Notes: generated from the letters alone by a model not told the origin. A stretch of DNA of 64,000 bases from Candidatus Micrarchaeota archaeon (GCA_040753215.1 JBFMEZ010000025.1:64001-128000), one strand, 5' to 3'; counted from the first letter of the stretch, positions 46,310-55,455 are shown. Made by a program: numbers and translations.

Positions 46310-46517
46310 AGCCCCGGAGGGGGATTGAACCCCCGACCTCTCGCTGTCCCGTTTCCGGTTTCCGCATCTCTGCGGAGATGACTCCGCTTCTCTGCGGAGA
46401 AGACTGGCAGAATCCTTCGGGATTCCGCCATGGCAGAAACCTGCTGGTTTCCGCCATCCTGTTTCCAGTTCCGAACCGGATTACGAGGCGAGCGCTCTAC
46501 CGCTGAGCTACCGAGGC
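46310..46517 (-). tRNA. tRNA-Thr(CGT) with 136-nt intron (46346-46481) at position 37/38
   Basis: Exon 1 GCCTCGG..CTCGCCTCGTA, exon 2 AGCGAG..GTTCAATCC..GGGGCT; intron 3' end CGGG pairs with C32-G35 (BHB-like). Confidence 0.93.
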
Positions 46518-46613
46518 GCAAAGAGGAAGGGGGAAGCGTTCCCCCTTCTCTTTAGCGTAATCATAACTCCCTTCAACTTTGCTTAGGGGATGCTTTGCTC
46601 GTACTCCTTACGC
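46518..46613 (-). mobile_element. Type-A hairpin element abutting tRNA-Thr +1
   Basis: Aligns with 45678-45773 and 49080-49207. Confidence 0.8.
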
Positions 46614-46651
46614 ATTTCTTTGCTCCCCAACTTTTATTAAATTGAGGAGAA

Positions 46652-46735
46652 CGCCAGGAGCAGGATTTGAACCTGCAATCCCTTGCGGGACTCGTTTTCG
46701 AGACGAGCGCGTTCACCGGGCTCCGCCATCCTGGC
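46652..46735 (-). tRNA. tRNA-Ser(CGA)
   Basis: Anticodon arm CTCGT-CT-CGA-AA-ACGAG, long variable arm, G discriminator. Confidence 0.95.
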
Positions 46736-46743
46736 AGCAATTA

Positions 46744-47421
46744 TTATACTCCGCTTATTTTCTTAAACCTGATTGCATCCTCGCCCATAGTAATGTTGTT
46801 GAAGAATACGTACTCCGCTCCCCTCGTTTTCTTTGCAATTTCCTTTAGCTCCGCATCGCTGAATGTATAATAATACATCATCCTTTCTCCCAATCCGTGC
46901 AATCTGTAATACCCAATTTTCCGATGAAAACTCTCCTGCCTCAAAGGGTCCACAATATGCTCCAGCTCTAGTTCTTCAAATAGGGGCTCCGCAATCTCCC
47001 GTGTCCAGTCCTTGCTCCATCTCACCTCCCACCCCAGCCTAAACTCTTCCCGCTTAATCTTCCCGAAGAATTTCCTCGCCCTCGCAATATTCTCCTTCGT
47101 AGGCTTAAATGAAGCAGGAGATTGGAAAACCAGAAAGTCCGCCCTCAACAATTCCGCAACTTTCTTCGTCTCCCAAAATGCCTTCACCGATTCCGCTCCT
47201 CTAAACCTGTCAAAATGCGTCACAGTTCGCAAAACCTTCAGCGTAAACTCAAACTCCGGATTCACCGAATCCGCCTTCGCCCTCCACTTCTCCGCGGTCT
47301 TCAGCATAGGCAGTTTATAGAAGGTGGAATTCACCTCCACCGCAGGAAATGCATGCACATAATTCAGCAGCCTGTCTCCCCTCTCAGGAAAAGAAGACCA
47401 TCCGCAGGTTCCTATTTTCAT
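46744..47421 (-). CDS. DUF72 family protein
   Basis: IGTCGW, VEVNSTFY, YYRLHG and VFFNN motifs. Confidence 0.92.
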   Translation of the reverse strand: MKIGTCGWSSFPERGDRLLNYVHAFPAVEVNSTFYKLPMLKTAEKWRAKADSVNPEFEFTLKVLRTVTHFDRFRGAESVKAFWETKKVAELLRADFLVFQSPASFKPTKENIARARKFFGKIKREEFRLGWEVRWSKDWTREIAEPLFEELELEHIVDPLRQESFHRKIGYYRLHGLGERMMYYYTFSDAELKEIAKKTRGAEYVFFNNITMGEDAIRFKKISGV

Positions 47422-47426
47422 AGCAC

Positions 47427-47867
47427 TCACAAGAATTTGCTCATCACGCACACATCCTTGCCGCCCCAGTGCTTCCTCAGCCTCGCCTCTTCCTTATAAC
47501 CCCTGCTCTTATAGAATTTGTACGCATTAATCGTGGGCAAAGTCCAAAGATAAATCTTCACGCACTTGTTCTTTCTCGCCATCTCCTCGCACTTTTCCAG
47601 CAATTCCGTGCCTATCCCGCTTCTCCTGCGTCCCTTCGCAACAGCAAAAGCGCCCACGCTAGCGACCTTCCTCCCCACACGCAGCGAAATCGCCCCGACT
47701 ATCCTGCCCCCTTCCTTGGCGGATAAAAAGTACCTTTTTTCCTTATTAGAAAATGTCTTGTAATAATCCGCCCCGGCCTTGGGCCCGAAGAAATCCATGA
47801 AAAAGCCCTTCATCTCCCTGCCTACGAATTTTCTGTACGCCTTTTTGGAAACAGGAGCTATTCTCAT
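47427..47867 (-). CDS. GNAT family acetyltransferase
   Basis: RRSGIGTELL and AYKFYKSRGY motifs. Confidence 0.9.
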   Translation of the reverse strand: MRIAPVSKKAYRKFVGREMKGFFMDFFGPKAGADYYKTFSNKEKRYFLSAKEGGRIVGAISLRVGRKVASVGAFAVAKGRRRSGIGTELLEKCEEMARKNKCVKIYLWTLPTINAYKFYKSRGYKEEARLRKHWGGKDVCVMSKFL

Positions 47868-47988
47868 GCTGGGCTTACGAAGCCAAAGGCTAAAAATCAG
47901 ATTGCGGTTCCGGGTAGTCCACGCCCGCCGCAATTCCCTATTGTGTCATATTATGTATTTTTATATTCTATCAGGCATAAATCAACTA

Positions 47989-48972
47989 ATGGGCGATTAT
48001 GTTTCCCGCAATGCCAATCCTGTCCTTAAGAGCATAGCGCCGGTTGTCGAACGTTCGGTGCATGTCCGGATAGACTGGGACCGGTTAAAGCAATTTGCCA
48101 GCCGGTTCATGGAAGGCAACATAAGGCACTGGGTGGCAGCCTCCCACGTCGACCTCTCAGGCATGGGCGCCGATGAGAAACTAGCTTTCCTATTCGTCTT
48201 CAATTCGATCAGCTTCAGCTACTGGGGCAGCCCGAAATGGTCGGTTCCGCTCGAGGGCGTGCCCCAGCGCGGAACCCTCTACATGCTCCACTGCCTGCGC
48301 AGGGCGGTGGCCGAAGGGAAGCCCATCCTGAACCCAGACTACCTCGCCACAATCCGCAGGGAGGAACTCGCGGAAATCCTGAAAGGAACCCCTGAAATCC
48401 CTCTTCTCGACGCGCGCAACAATATACTCCGGCAGCTGGGCAGCGTGACCGCCACCGGCTGGGGCGGCAAATTTTCAAATTACCTGGAAGCCGCATGTGG
48501 GGATGCGGTGGACCTCCTACTGGTCATTGAACACGCCCTGCCGTCTTTCTGGGATGAGCCATGTTACGGAAATGATGGCGTGAGGGTTTTCTTCTACAAG
48601 CGCGCCCAGCTTCTGGTTTCAGATATCCATGCAGTATTCAACGGCGAGGGATACGGTGATTTAGTGCGCACCGAAAAACTGACCGCATGCGCCGACTATA
48701 TTCTCCCCATGGTTCTCAGGCACCATGGCATACTCGTGTACAGCCCTGTTCTCGCGGATGTTGTCGATAACGGAGTTGAGGTCAAAAACGGCAGCGATGA
48801 AGAAATCGAGATAAGGGCCAACACCGTATTTGCGGTAGAACTGCTAAAGAGCGAGCTTCTTGGGAGGTTTCCGGGCATAACCTCCATGCAACTGAACGAT
48901 TATCTCTGGCTCTCAAGAACAAGGCTTCCAGAAGGCGTGAAACATCATCTCACAAGGACAACTGCCTACTGA
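47989..48972 (+). CDS. Queuosine salvage protein family (DUF2419/Qng1-like)
   Basis: SISFSYW, FYKRAQL, ADY.LP..LR, EIEIRA and HHLTRTTAY motifs. Confidence 0.88.
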   Translation: MGDYVSRNANPVLKSIAPVVERSVHVRIDWDRLKQFASRFMEGNIRHWVAASHVDLSGMGADEKLAFLFVFNSISFSYWGSPKWSVPLEGVPQRGTLYMLHCLRRAVAEGKPILNPDYLATIRREELAEILKGTPEIPLLDARNNILRQLGSVTATGWGGKFSNYLEAACGDAVDLLLVIEHALPSFWDEPCYGNDGVRVFFYKRAQLLVSDIHAVFNGEGYGDLVRTEKLTACADYILPMVLRHHGILVYSPVLADVVDNGVEVKNGSDEEIEIRANTVFAVELLKSELLGRFPGITSMQLNDYLWLSRTRLPEGVKHHLTRTTAY

Positions 48973-49008
48973 AACTGGAAACCGAGAACTGGATGCTGAA
49001 AACTGATT

Positions 49009-49079
49009 TGCGGCCGCCGGGATTTGAACCCGGGTCGCCAGATTGGCAATCTGGAATCCTACCGCTAGACTACGGCCGC
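49009..49079 (-). tRNA. tRNA-Gly(GCC)
   Basis: Anticodon arm CCAGA-TT-GCC-AA-TCTGG; canonical cloverleaf. Confidence 0.96.
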
Positions 49080-49207
49080 TCCAAGAGGAAGGGGGAGCGC
49101 CCCCTTCTCTCTAGGGTACTCATAACCCCCCATCAATTGCGGGGCTGTGAATTCATTCTGACCCCCTCCCACTTCACTTTGCAATGCTTTACTCGTACTC
49201 CTTACGC
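49080..49207 (-). mobile_element. Type-A hairpin element abutting tRNA-Gly(GCC) +1
   Basis: TCCAAGAGGAAGGGG hairpin, CTGACCCCCTCCCACTTCAC core, CTCCTTACGC terminus. Confidence 0.8.
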
Positions 49208-49292
49208 ATAGGGGCGTGCATCTCTTCTAACCGAAGAGCATTCCTATTTTCCAATAAAACCTTTTATTAACTTTCTTGCAGCAATTTGCTCC

Positions 49293-50363
49293 GTGAATTC
49301 TGTCCATATAATCGGCGCAGGGCCTGCTGGCGCAGTCGCCGCAATCTCAGCCCTCCGCGAGGGTCACAGAGTAGAAATGAGCGAGGAGCACCCTACTCCC
49401 GGCTTTCCTGTTGACTGCTCCGGCCTTGTTTCTAGGGAAGGCCTGGAATCCCTCTCCGGCCTGGTTGATTACAGGAACCACACCATCAACCCAATTCACG
49501 GCGCAATCCTGGATTTCTCCGGCCACACCCTCAGGATAGATGCTAGGAAGCCGGTCGCATTCGTAATCAACCGCGCTTCCTTCGACCTCTCCCTCTCCAA
49601 AAAGGCCGAATCCGAAGGCGCAAGATTAATCTGCAATGAGCGCATCTCCTCCCAATTCCGCGGCGATTCCATAATAGGCGCAGACGGCCCCAATTCATCA
49701 GTCGCTTCCCATTTCCAATTCCCGCAAATCCGCCGCTTCGTCCTCACCGCCCGCTGCACCGTAAAATATGATGGGGAAAATCCCCATTCCATCCGCGCCT
49801 ACCTCTCCAACAAGCTCTCTCCCGGCTTCTTCTCCTGGCTCATCCCCCACAATGAGGAATACGCGGAAATGGGAACGGGTGTCCTCCTTCCCAAAAACCC
49901 ACTCCCGTCCCTCCATTCCCTCTCCAGAAGAACAGGAATCCCGCTCCCAAAGGAAATCCGCTTCGCCCTTATCCCTCTCGAATGCAGGAAGAAAACCTCC
50001 CTCCGCTCCGCAGGAAAATCCGTCCTTCTCGCAGGAGATGCAGCCGGCCAGGTAAAATCCACCACCGGAGGAGGGGTCTTCTTCGGAACCTCCTGCGCCC
50101 GCCTCGCGGGAAGGCATGCATTCTTCCCCGAAGTATACGAGAAGGAATGGAGAGCCCTGCACGGGAAAGACCTGCGCCTCCACAAATTTGCCCATCGCCT
50201 CTACGGCCTGCTCCCCGACCCGCCCATGAACCTCGCAGGGAAAGCCCTCTCTTTCTTCAAAGTGGAGAGATACCTGGAGGAAAGGGGGCAGATGGACAGG
50301 CCGACGGAAATCCTCCGCCCTTCCCTCCTGGGGCACACCTTCTCCTCGCTGATGCAAAAATAG
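49293..50363 (+). CDS. Geranylgeranyl reductase family FAD oxidoreductase
   Basis: GAGPAG, GADGP.S and GDAAGQVK..TGGG motifs. Confidence 0.9.
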   Translation: MNSVHIIGAGPAGAVAAISALREGHRVEMSEEHPTPGFPVDCSGLVSREGLESLSGLVDYRNHTINPIHGAILDFSGHTLRIDARKPVAFVINRASFDLSLSKKAESEGARLICNERISSQFRGDSIIGADGPNSSVASHFQFPQIRRFVLTARCTVKYDGENPHSIRAYLSNKLSPGFFSWLIPHNEEYAEMGTGVLLPKNPLPSLHSLSRRTGIPLPKEIRFALIPLECRKKTSLRSAGKSVLLAGDAAGQVKSTTGGGVFFGTSCARLAGRHAFFPEVYEKEWRALHGKDLRLHKFAHRLYGLLPDPPMNLAGKALSFFKVERYLEERGQMDRPTEILRPSLLGHTFSSLMQK

Positions 50364-50412
50364 CAATATTTATAAACAACCTCGAACCCACTATTCCCGC
50401 ACAAGGTGGCGT

Positions 50413-50913
50413 ATGATAATCCGGTATGAACAGACGAAATCAAAGGAAGAGCAGCCGGAGCACAACGGCTTCCCCCACCTTCCGCAGTATACGCTCCCGA
50501 TGCTGCCCCACCACTACGAAGAGCTCCCGCGCCACCACAAGGACCAGGTCGTCTGGTCCTACGTCCCCTGGATAAGGGAATCGCGCACAGATTTCTACGA
50601 AATCCTCGCCCTGCCGCAGGAGGAGCGCCTCAGGATATACGAGCGCATAGTGCTCGGCCACAGCGTGAACATAGCCGGTGAGGTCGCCCGGGTCGAGCTG
50701 AAGAGCCCCAAGACAGGCAGGGTAACCCGCTCCACGGAGAGGGACGTGAGGAAGGTCATCTCCTATATAGAGGAAAACCCGGACATAAAGGCCGAGCAGC
50801 TCGTCGGCTACGTCCAGCCTAAGGTTTTCAGCCGCCTCATGCTATACATAAAATTCTCCGGGAACAACCAGGCGTCGCTCAGGAAATTCTTCGAAGGGCT
50901 CCTGAAGGAATAA
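50413..50913 (+). CDS. Hypothetical protein
   Basis: 166-aa ORF with TATA-like box upstream. Confidence 0.7.
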   Translation: MIIRYEQTKSKEEQPEHNGFPHLPQYTLPMLPHHYEELPRHHKDQVVWSYVPWIRESRTDFYEILALPQEERLRIYERIVLGHSVNIAGEVARVELKSPKTGRVTRSTERDVRKVISYIEENPDIKAEQLVGYVQPKVFSRLMLYIKFSGNNQASLRKFFEGLLKE

Positions 50914-50950
50914 GTAGCTTTCTCTTCAAATCAATCCATCTGGTGCATCT

Positions 50951-51229
50951 ATGGAATATATCATACTCTCACCCTGCACAACCGCAAAGACCCGGGAACT
51001 CCGCATGCGCGGCAGGATAGACATCCGCAAGGCGGAGAAAGCCCTCCCCCCGGAAGCTGATATCCTCGCGTTCACAGAAGTGTTCCTTTCCCTCGCCTAC
51101 AAGGGAAAACCCTTCTCCCTCTACCCCTCCGGAAAGATAATAGTGAAGGATTCGGAGGCGGAAGAGGCGAAGTCCCTTCTGAAGGAGATGTTCTCCCTTT
51201 TAGAGAGAAAAGGGTGCCTGAGTGAGTAG
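50951..51229 (+). CDS. Hypothetical protein
   Basis: 92 aa; SLYPSGKIIVK motif. Confidence 0.7.
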   Translation: MEYIILSPCTTAKTRELRMRGRIDIRKAEKALPPEADILAFTEVFLSLAYKGKPFSLYPSGKIIVKDSEAEEAKSLLKEMFSLLERKGCLSE

Positions 51230-51977
51230 CCAGTCCCCCGTTTCCACATCGCTTCGCGATGACTCCATGTTGCCTCGGCAACAACTGGCGAAGTTCTGCG
51301 GAACTTCACCATGGCAGAAACCTTCCGGGTTTCCGCCATCCAGTTTCCCGAAGCTAAACATTGACTTCCACGTGCACACCTCCTTCTCTTCGGATGGAAG
51401 GATAAAATTAGCTGAACTCGCCTCCCTTTCCAAACAATTCGGAATAATCCCCGCCCTCACCGACCACAACAACATGGATGCCTGCTCCCCCTTCAAAAAA
51501 TTCGAAATCCCCTTCATCCCCGGAGAGGAAATCCGCGTTGCACAGGGCGATTTCATAGGCCTCTTCCTCTCCGAGCCGATTCCTGAAGGGATAGATTTCT
51601 ACGAAGCCCTCGACTTAATCCGTGCGCAGGGAGCCCTCGCTTATGTCCCGCACATGTTCGACGCACTCCGCCCCGGAGTAGTAAAGGAGGAATACGGAAA
51701 AGCCGCAGACATAATAGAAGTATTCAACGCCCGCTCCTTCGCCCGCTTCGACAGGCAGGCAGAAGAATTCGCCAAAAGGGAAGGCAAATTAATGGCGGCA
51801 GGAAGCGACGCCCACTTCCCGTTCGAATTCGGGCACACTTATACCGAATTAAGCCTCACCCCAGACCAACTGGAACCCAAATCTCTTCTCCGCGCTTTAA
51901 AGAATGCGAGAATAGCAGGAAAGCGCACTTCTTTTCTCAAGAGGAAAATAGCGAAATATACCGGAATCTACATCTAA
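51222..51977 (+). CDS. PHP-domain metal-dependent phosphoesterase with repeat-derived N-terminal insertion
   Basis: DFHVHT..S.DG, TDHN, PH and GSDAH motifs. Confidence 0.88.
   Translation: MSSQSPVSTSLRDDSMLPRQQLAKFCGTSPWQKPSGFPPSSFPKLNIDFHVHTSFSSDGRIKLAELASLSKQFGIIPALTDHNNMDACSPFKKFEIPFIPGEEIRVAQGDFIGLFLSEPIPEGIDFYEALDLIRAQGALAYVPHMFDALRPGVVKEEYGKAADIIEVFNARSFARFDRQAEEFAKREGKLMAAGSDAHFPFEFGHTYTELSLTPDQLEPKSLLRALKNARIAGKRTSFLKRKIAKYTGIYI
51247..51339. repeat. Modular hairpin element (4 modules), in frame in the PHP gene
   Basis: Near-identical to 18795-18888 over the last three modules. Confidence 0.85.
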
Positions 51978-52848
51978 AGGAACTCCCTAATCGGGTTCAG
52001 CATCCTCTCTTCTATCGCAGAAATATATTTGTGGTTCCCAATCACATGCCCGAATTTGGTCTTTACCCCGCTTATGAACCTGTGCAGCTCAGCCGTATTC
52101 TCCACAATCACATCCACCTCAATGTCCCAGCTCCCTATGCACTTGTTCAGGAACACCACATTATCATGCTCAAGGCAGAAGCCCAGGAACTCCTTCTCCT
52201 TTTCTCTCGTAATGCTTCTAAAGTTTATCAAAATCTTATAGTACTCAAACCCCATCCTCTTCGCATCAAACCACGCCGTATACCCAAGTATGAACCCCTC
52301 TCTAGTAAGCCGGTCCATCCTATACCTCACCGCATCAGGGGTGAGCCCAACCTTCCCAGCCAAATCCACCGTCGTCGCCCTCGCATCCCCATACAATGAA
52401 GCCAGTATCTTCATATCCGTTTCATCCCGCTTCTCTGCCTCCACCACCCTCTCCAGCGGGAACTCCGGGTGCCTCTCCCCTCCCACCGCCCTGTTCCACG
52501 ATAAATATGTCTGGTACGTAGTAGTGACGACCGTCTTCTCCACAATCCTCGCCCCAAACCTTTCCGTCATCATATTTATCGCATCCTCCACCTCCTTCTC
52601 GTCCCTCGCTACAATCCTCCACAGCACGTCATACGCCCCCTCGCATACCACCCCCCAGAGCGTCCGCTTGTAGGATTCGAACAGCGCCACCACCTCCTTC
52701 TCCGCCTTCTCATCGAACACGTCAAATCTCAGGTAAATCCTGTATGCCTTGAAGCCCAGCTTCGCAAGGTTGACGTCAGCAAACAGCAGCGATATTGTGC
52801 CCGCCTCTCTGAGCTGCCTCATCCTCCGCTCCACTGCGCTGCTGCTCA
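51974..52848 (-). pseudogene. Tandem-domain Lrp/AsnC regulator, apparently 5'-truncated
   Basis: Second HTH complete; first HTH begins only at the recognition helix (SSSAVERRMRQL) and upstream sequence is AT-rich and non-homologous. Confidence 0.6.
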
Positions 52849-53052
52849 TCGGGGCGGTAATCCAGATGCTTTGACATTTTCTTTCTTTTATTTTTTCTGC
52901 ATTATAATGCATAAAAATATGCAAAATTGTTTCGATGCTTTCCACCAATTGATACGCATTCTATTAAATCAATTTGAACAAATGACCATCAAAATATGAA
53001 ATCAATTTTATAAAATGCATATATTTAAAAGGAATTAGCCCGTAATACTTAC

Positions 53053-54255
53053 ATGGACCAGGAACTCATTGAACTCAACAACGAAGCAAAAAAGGAAGGC
53101 AAAAAATACGCAAAAAAAAGGTTCATCTACCCGAAAATAGCCGCAGGGCTGGCGGAGCGCGAACACACTGCCCTCGTTGGCCCGAGGGGCGCGGGGAAGA
53201 CAATCCTGCTTAAGCAGCTTCTTGCGGGCAACGAAAGCGCATTCTATGTTTCACTGGACACCTCAAGGATAGAAGGCGGGCTGTTCAGGCTTGCAAAAGA
53301 GCTATCGGATTCCGGCATCAAGCTGCTCCTTCTGGACGAGATACACGGCTATCCCGGCTACGATTTGGAGCTCAAGAGGATTTACGATTTCCTGGGAATC
53401 AAGATTGTCTTGACCAGTTCTTCTGCCCTTACCCTCCACGAGCTGGCGGCCGACCTCTCCAGGAGGATGCGCATCATAAAAATCAGGCCGTTCTCCTTCA
53501 GGGAATACCTGTTCTTCCAGAACGATGAGCTGCTGGAGCCCCTCAGCTTCGTGCAGTTATCCGATGAGAAATCTTCACGGGAATATCTGGGCAGAGCCCT
53601 CCATGCTGAACCCCGCCTGGAAGAATACATGAAGGGAAGGAATTATCCGCTGGCGCTCGGGAGGCAGGATTTCCTGCCGTTGTTCAGGAACATCCTTGAA
53701 ACAGTCATAAACAGGGACCTGATCAGGACAGGGAAGGTCAGCCACGACGAAACCCTCCATATCGCCAGGCTCGTGGCATATCTCGGCAAATCCCATCCGG
53801 AGGATATGAACTACACATCCATTGCAAAGAACATAGGCATAAGCAGGCATATGGCCGAAAAATACGTGGGTCTGCTGGAAAAGGCATTCGTGTTGCATGT
53901 GGTGCCGCCGGAAGGGCAGGGCGTCATGAAGGAGCCCAAGGTGCTCATTGCCCTCCCGTACCGCCTCCTCTATCGCCCATACGAGGAGTGCATCGGAGCC
54001 CTGCGCGAGGACTTTTTCGTCGATTCTGCCGTCTGGCTCGGCTTCGGCCCAAAATATCTCAAAACCAACCGTGGGGAAAAAACCCCGGACTATGCGATTG
54101 ACGATACGGTTTTTGAAATAGGAGGACCAGGCAAGGGGCATTCCCAGTTCAAGGGGTTCGCACTGAAGAGGAAGATAATACTGACACATCCCGGAATGCT
54201 TGATGCAATGCGCCGGCCACTATTCTTCATGGGCTTGCTGGAAGAAGGGCAGTGA
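53053..54255 (+). CDS. AAA_14-type ATPase with C-terminal nuclease-like domain
   Basis: GPRGAGKT, LLLDEIH, TSSS, DLSRR and PDY..FEIGG motifs. Confidence 0.88.
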   Translation: MDQELIELNNEAKKEGKKYAKKRFIYPKIAAGLAEREHTALVGPRGAGKTILLKQLLAGNESAFYVSLDTSRIEGGLFRLAKELSDSGIKLLLLDEIHGYPGYDLELKRIYDFLGIKIVLTSSSALTLHELAADLSRRMRIIKIRPFSFREYLFFQNDELLEPLSFVQLSDEKSSREYLGRALHAEPRLEEYMKGRNYPLALGRQDFLPLFRNILETVINRDLIRTGKVSHDETLHIARLVAYLGKSHPEDMNYTSIAKNIGISRHMAEKYVGLLEKAFVLHVVPPEGQGVMKEPKVLIALPYRLLYRPYEECIGALREDFFVDSAVWLGFGPKYLKTNRGEKTPDYAIDDTVFEIGGPGKGHSQFKGFALKRKIILTHPGMLDAMRRPLFFMGLLEEGQ

Positions 54256-54358
54256 CCAGGGAAGATATCCGCAGATTTGCAGCCTCAGATTGTCGGTTAT
54301 GGAAGGAAAAAATCCGCAAAAGTTTCCTTCCATGTTAGACGCCTTATAGCATCGTTTT

Positions 54359-54562
54359 TCACTGAACCTCCACGGCTCGGTCACACCTTGTAGTCGCCTG
54401 CGTGGCGGCGATAGGTCTGCCTAGCCATTGGGTGCGGCTACAAGGTGTGAGGAAGCCTCGGCATTTATGCCGGGGAGGAGAGCCGAGGCTTCCTCTAAAG
54501 GCAGCAGGAATACATCTGCCCTTTATCTACGAAGAAGCCACGGCCTTTAGTGGAGGTTCACA
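54359..54562. mobile_element. Non-autonomous IS200/IS605-like palindromic element, copy 1
   Basis: Near-identical to 56558-56765; ends TGAACCTCCAC / GTGGAGGTTCAC; GAAGCC..TTTA hairpins. Confidence 0.8.
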
Positions 54563-54625
54563 AAACGCTTATTTAAGAAGATACCATTAATCGCAAAAAC
54601 GATAAATGACTCGGTCCGACGATGA

Positions 54626-55321
54626 CTATTTTTCTCCAACCACAATCGCAAAATTAGCTAAAGGTGGCACCAGCACCCGTGTTTTTCTGAACCCAAACCC
54701 ATCCATAATCTTCTTCAGCTCAAGTGGGCAGATAGGGTATTCCTTCGGATGCTTTTCCTGGTACTCCTTGCTCATGCCTTTCAGCGCCTGCGCCCAGCTC
54801 CGGTCGAATTCTCTTGCCCTTTTTGGATTCTTCTTTCTTAATCTCCAAACTTTTTCCTTATACTCGCTACTGGGCTTAAACCAGTCCCCTATCACCAGTC
54901 TTCCGCCTTCACGAAGAGACTTCCGTATCCGGGAAATAACAGCCGCCTTATTCTTCACGTGATGAAAAGCGAGGTTGGAAACCACATAATCTGCACGCCC
55001 GCCGAACCCCTCTATCGGAGAAGCTTTGAATTTCATATTCTTAATTCCAGCAACCCTAACCTTCCCCATTGCTACCTTCATCATGCCTTTGGAAACATCC
55101 ACGCAAGTTACCTGCGCCTTCGGCTTCCTCTCCGCAAGCCTTATGGCAAGCCCTCCACTCCCGGCTCCCAGGTCCGCCACCCTGCATTTCCGGTCCGGAA
55201 CCTCCCTTATTATGTTGTCCACAAGCCATCTGTAAAACAAGTATTGGTACCTGTCCTGCTCTTCGTACTCTTTCGCGTATTTATCGAAGAACTCCTTTGC
55301 CTTTTTCACAATCAAAACCAC
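54626..55321 (-). CDS. Class I SAM-dependent methyltransferase
   Basis: DLGAGSG, VDVS..M, SNLAFHH and L.EGG motifs. Confidence 0.92.
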   Translation of the reverse strand: MVLIVKKAKEFFDKYAKEYEEQDRYQYLFYRWLVDNIIREVPDRKCRVADLGAGSGGLAIRLAERKPKAQVTCVDVSKGMMKVAMGKVRVAGIKNMKFKASPIEGFGGRADYVVSNLAFHHVKNKAAVISRIRKSLREGGRLVIGDWFKPSSEYKEKVWRLRKKNPKRAREFDRSWAQALKGMSKEYQEKHPKEYPICPLELKKIMDGFGFRKTRVLVPPLANFAIVVGEK

Positions 55322-55386
55322 TTATCCAAAGTCCGCTGGCTCCGCGTCTCCTTCACGTTGCTCATCATCCCTTCCAGCGCCTTCTC
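55312..55386 (-). repeat. Displaced duplicate of the fen1 3' end
   Basis: EKALEGMMSNVKETRSQRTLDKWF* versus FEN1 ERALEGMLSNVKETRSQRTLDKWL*; codons largely different. Confidence 0.93.
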
Positions 55387-55446
55387 CCGGAAAAACGCGG
55401 GGAACCCAGGTTCCCCCCATTTTTACCGTTTATTCTGACCCCCTCC
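55387..55446 (-). mobile_element. Type-A element remnant
   Basis: AAAAACGCGGGG..CCCCCATTTTTA..ATTCTGACCC, aligns with 32970-33030. Confidence 0.8.
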
Positions 55447-55455
55447 TAACGGTTT

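Noticed and set aside
47870..47940. att-like duplicate of the tRNA-Gly(GCC) 3' end closing a Qng1 islet
   Set aside because: TTGCGGTTCCGGG resembles the tRNA end only weakly and no type-A element is adjacent.
54402..54590. 62-aa ORF (and its twin at 56601-56786)
   Set aside because: Lies wholly in the palindromic element; the C-termini differ through a frameshifting deletion; no protein motif.
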